Source of the DNA: an uncultured Ruminococcus sp.
GTDB taxonomy: Bacteria > Bacillota > Clostridia > Oscillospirales > CAG-272
NCBI GenBank assembly: GCA_902766575.1
Contig: CACXED010000087.1
Span: 1 to 35,834 of the forward strand
Direction of reading: 5' to 3'
DNA: 35,834 bases
The notes under the pieces were generated by a model, which saw only the letters and a program-made list of their open reading frames with translations, made no database searches and had not been told where the DNA came from. Positions within the stretch are counted from its first letter, which is position 1, and every line of letters begins with the position of its first letter. Made by a program: the position numbers and the translations under genes. Shown piece by piece: positions 34,890-35,834 of this stretch.

Positions 34890-35834
34890 ATGAAGCCTAT
34901 CGAAGAAGTCGCCGCAAAGCTCCCCTGCGAGCTTATAAAAAATCCCTCCGACCCGAAATACACAGACGAGCATATCCGGAAATTTCAGGGCTGCCCGACG
35001 ATAGCCGTCACAAGAGGCGGTCGGATCTATCTCGGCTGGTACTCGGGCGGGACGCGCGAGCCGCATATCGAAAATTTCAACCTCCTCGTAAAGAGCGACG
35101 ACGGCGGCGAGAGCTGGTCAAAGCCGCTGCTCGTGATACCGTCGAGCCGCGGGAGATTTGTCCACGCGCTCGATATCCAGCTTTTCACCGCTCCTGACGG
35201 ACGGCTGTTCGTCTTCTGGGTTCAGAACAACACAAAGCCGATGGATTATCCCGGCGACGACGGAAAGCCGCTCTACACCGGCTGGGGAGTCGACGGAATA
35301 ATCTTCAACGACTATATCCACGCGATGTGGGTCTCGGTCTGCGACGCCCCCGACGCCGACGAGCCGGTTTTCTCCGAGCCGCGCTGTGTTGACAAGGGCT
35401 TCCTGCGCTGCAAGCCGCTCGTGAAGCGCGACGGCGACTGGCTCTGCTTCAACTATGACCAGAGCTCCGACCGCTACGGCTACAGCATCTCAAACGACGG
35501 CGGAAAGACCTTTTCTCATCGCTACGGAGCGAAAAAGATTCCCACTCCCTTTGACGAGGCTATGGCTTACGAGAAGAAAAACGGCGATATCCGTATGCTC
35601 GCCCGGACGACGGATACCGGAGAGCTCGCCGAGTCGACCTCCCACGACGGCGGTCTCACCTGGGACGACGCGAAGAACAGCGGCGTCAGCAGTCCGAGCT
35701 CGCGCTTCTTTGTCTCAAGGACTCCGACCGGGCGGGTGATGCTCGTACACAACGACCACCGCTCAAAGCGCACCAACCTGACGGTAAAGCTCTCCGAGGA
35801 CGACGGCGAGAGCTGGAAGTACAGCCGCTGTCTC
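34890..35834 (+). CDS. BNR/Asp-box repeat sialidase-like glycosyl hydrolase (5' part; runs off the window)
   Basis: Absent from the supplied track because it has no stop in the window. I translated 315 open codons from ATG 34890 (GGAGAA SD). There are four Asp-boxes: SDDGGESW, SNDGGKTF, SHDGGLTW and SEDDGESW. Confidence 0.85.
   Translation, partial: MKPIEEVAAKLPCELIKNPSDPKYTDEHIRKFQGCPTIAVTRGGRIYLGWYSGGTREPHIENFNLLVKSDDGGESWSKPLLVIPSSRGRFVHALDIQLFTAPDGRLFVFWVQNNTKPMDYPGDDGKPLYTGWGVDGIIFNDYIHAMWVSVCDAPDADEPVFSEPRCVDKGFLRCKPLVKRDGDWLCFNYDQSSDRYGYSISNDGGKTFSHRYGAKKIPTPFDEAMAYEKKNGDIRMLARTTDTGELAESTSHDGGLTWDDAKNSGVSSPSSRFFVSRTPTGRVMLVHNDHRSKRTNLTVKLSEDDGESWKYSRCL

Noticed and set aside
34799-35197. 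132-aa plus-strand track ORF at the start of the last gene region.
   Set aside because: It begins inside the promoter (it starts at the upstream TTGACA), is R/K-rich and out of frame. The frame starting at ATG 34890 has an SD and four Asp-box repeats and stays open to the window end.

Overview
GC-rich coding sequence (codons mostly end in G/C) with AT-rich intergenic spacers, consistent with a Firmicutes/Clostridia-type chromosome. Positions 47-13828 form one minus-strand housekeeping block: a small membrane protein with gatC-gatA-gatB, then yybS-like, gdpP, rplI, dnaB, tilS, hpt, ftsH and an aldose-1-epimerase. The only clear intrinsic terminator in this block is at 3684-3713. This gene order is the origin-proximal arrangement known from other Firmicutes (inference). 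Positions 14073-35834 are mixed and more accessory. They hold an ogt / Eis-like GNAT operon, a divergent secreted barnase-barstar pair and ispD. Next come an orphan lipoprotein solute-binding protein, pfkA, mtnN, and a glutaminase-like (DUF4965/DUF1793-type) gene broken by a single in-frame TAG. They are followed by an SLH-only wall-anchor protein and two paralogous sugar-phosphate isomerase/epimerase genes flanking a metallophosphoesterase. The window ends with a glycan-utilisation-like cluster: AraC regulator, a second orphan solute-binding protein, an uncharacterised 698-aa toroid/lyase-like protein, GH2, and a BNR/sialidase-like gene truncated at the window end. I found no rRNA, tRNA, CRISPR array, transposase or integrase. 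The points most worth a second look are listed here. (1) The in-frame amber codon, in a window where none of 29 terminators is TAG. (2) A multi-hairpin leader upstream of the yybS-gdpP-rplI-dnaB operon, including a hairpin placed exactly between the SD and the AUG. (3) A roughly 200-nt structured 5' UTR with a 21-bp long-range helix and competing local pairings upstream of the second solute-binding protein. (4) The uncharacterised 698-aa protein and the transporter-less glycan locus. (5) A lipobox-bearing barnase with barstar. I found no clear novel multi-gene system; everything functional here is inferred from motifs I recognise, not from database searches.
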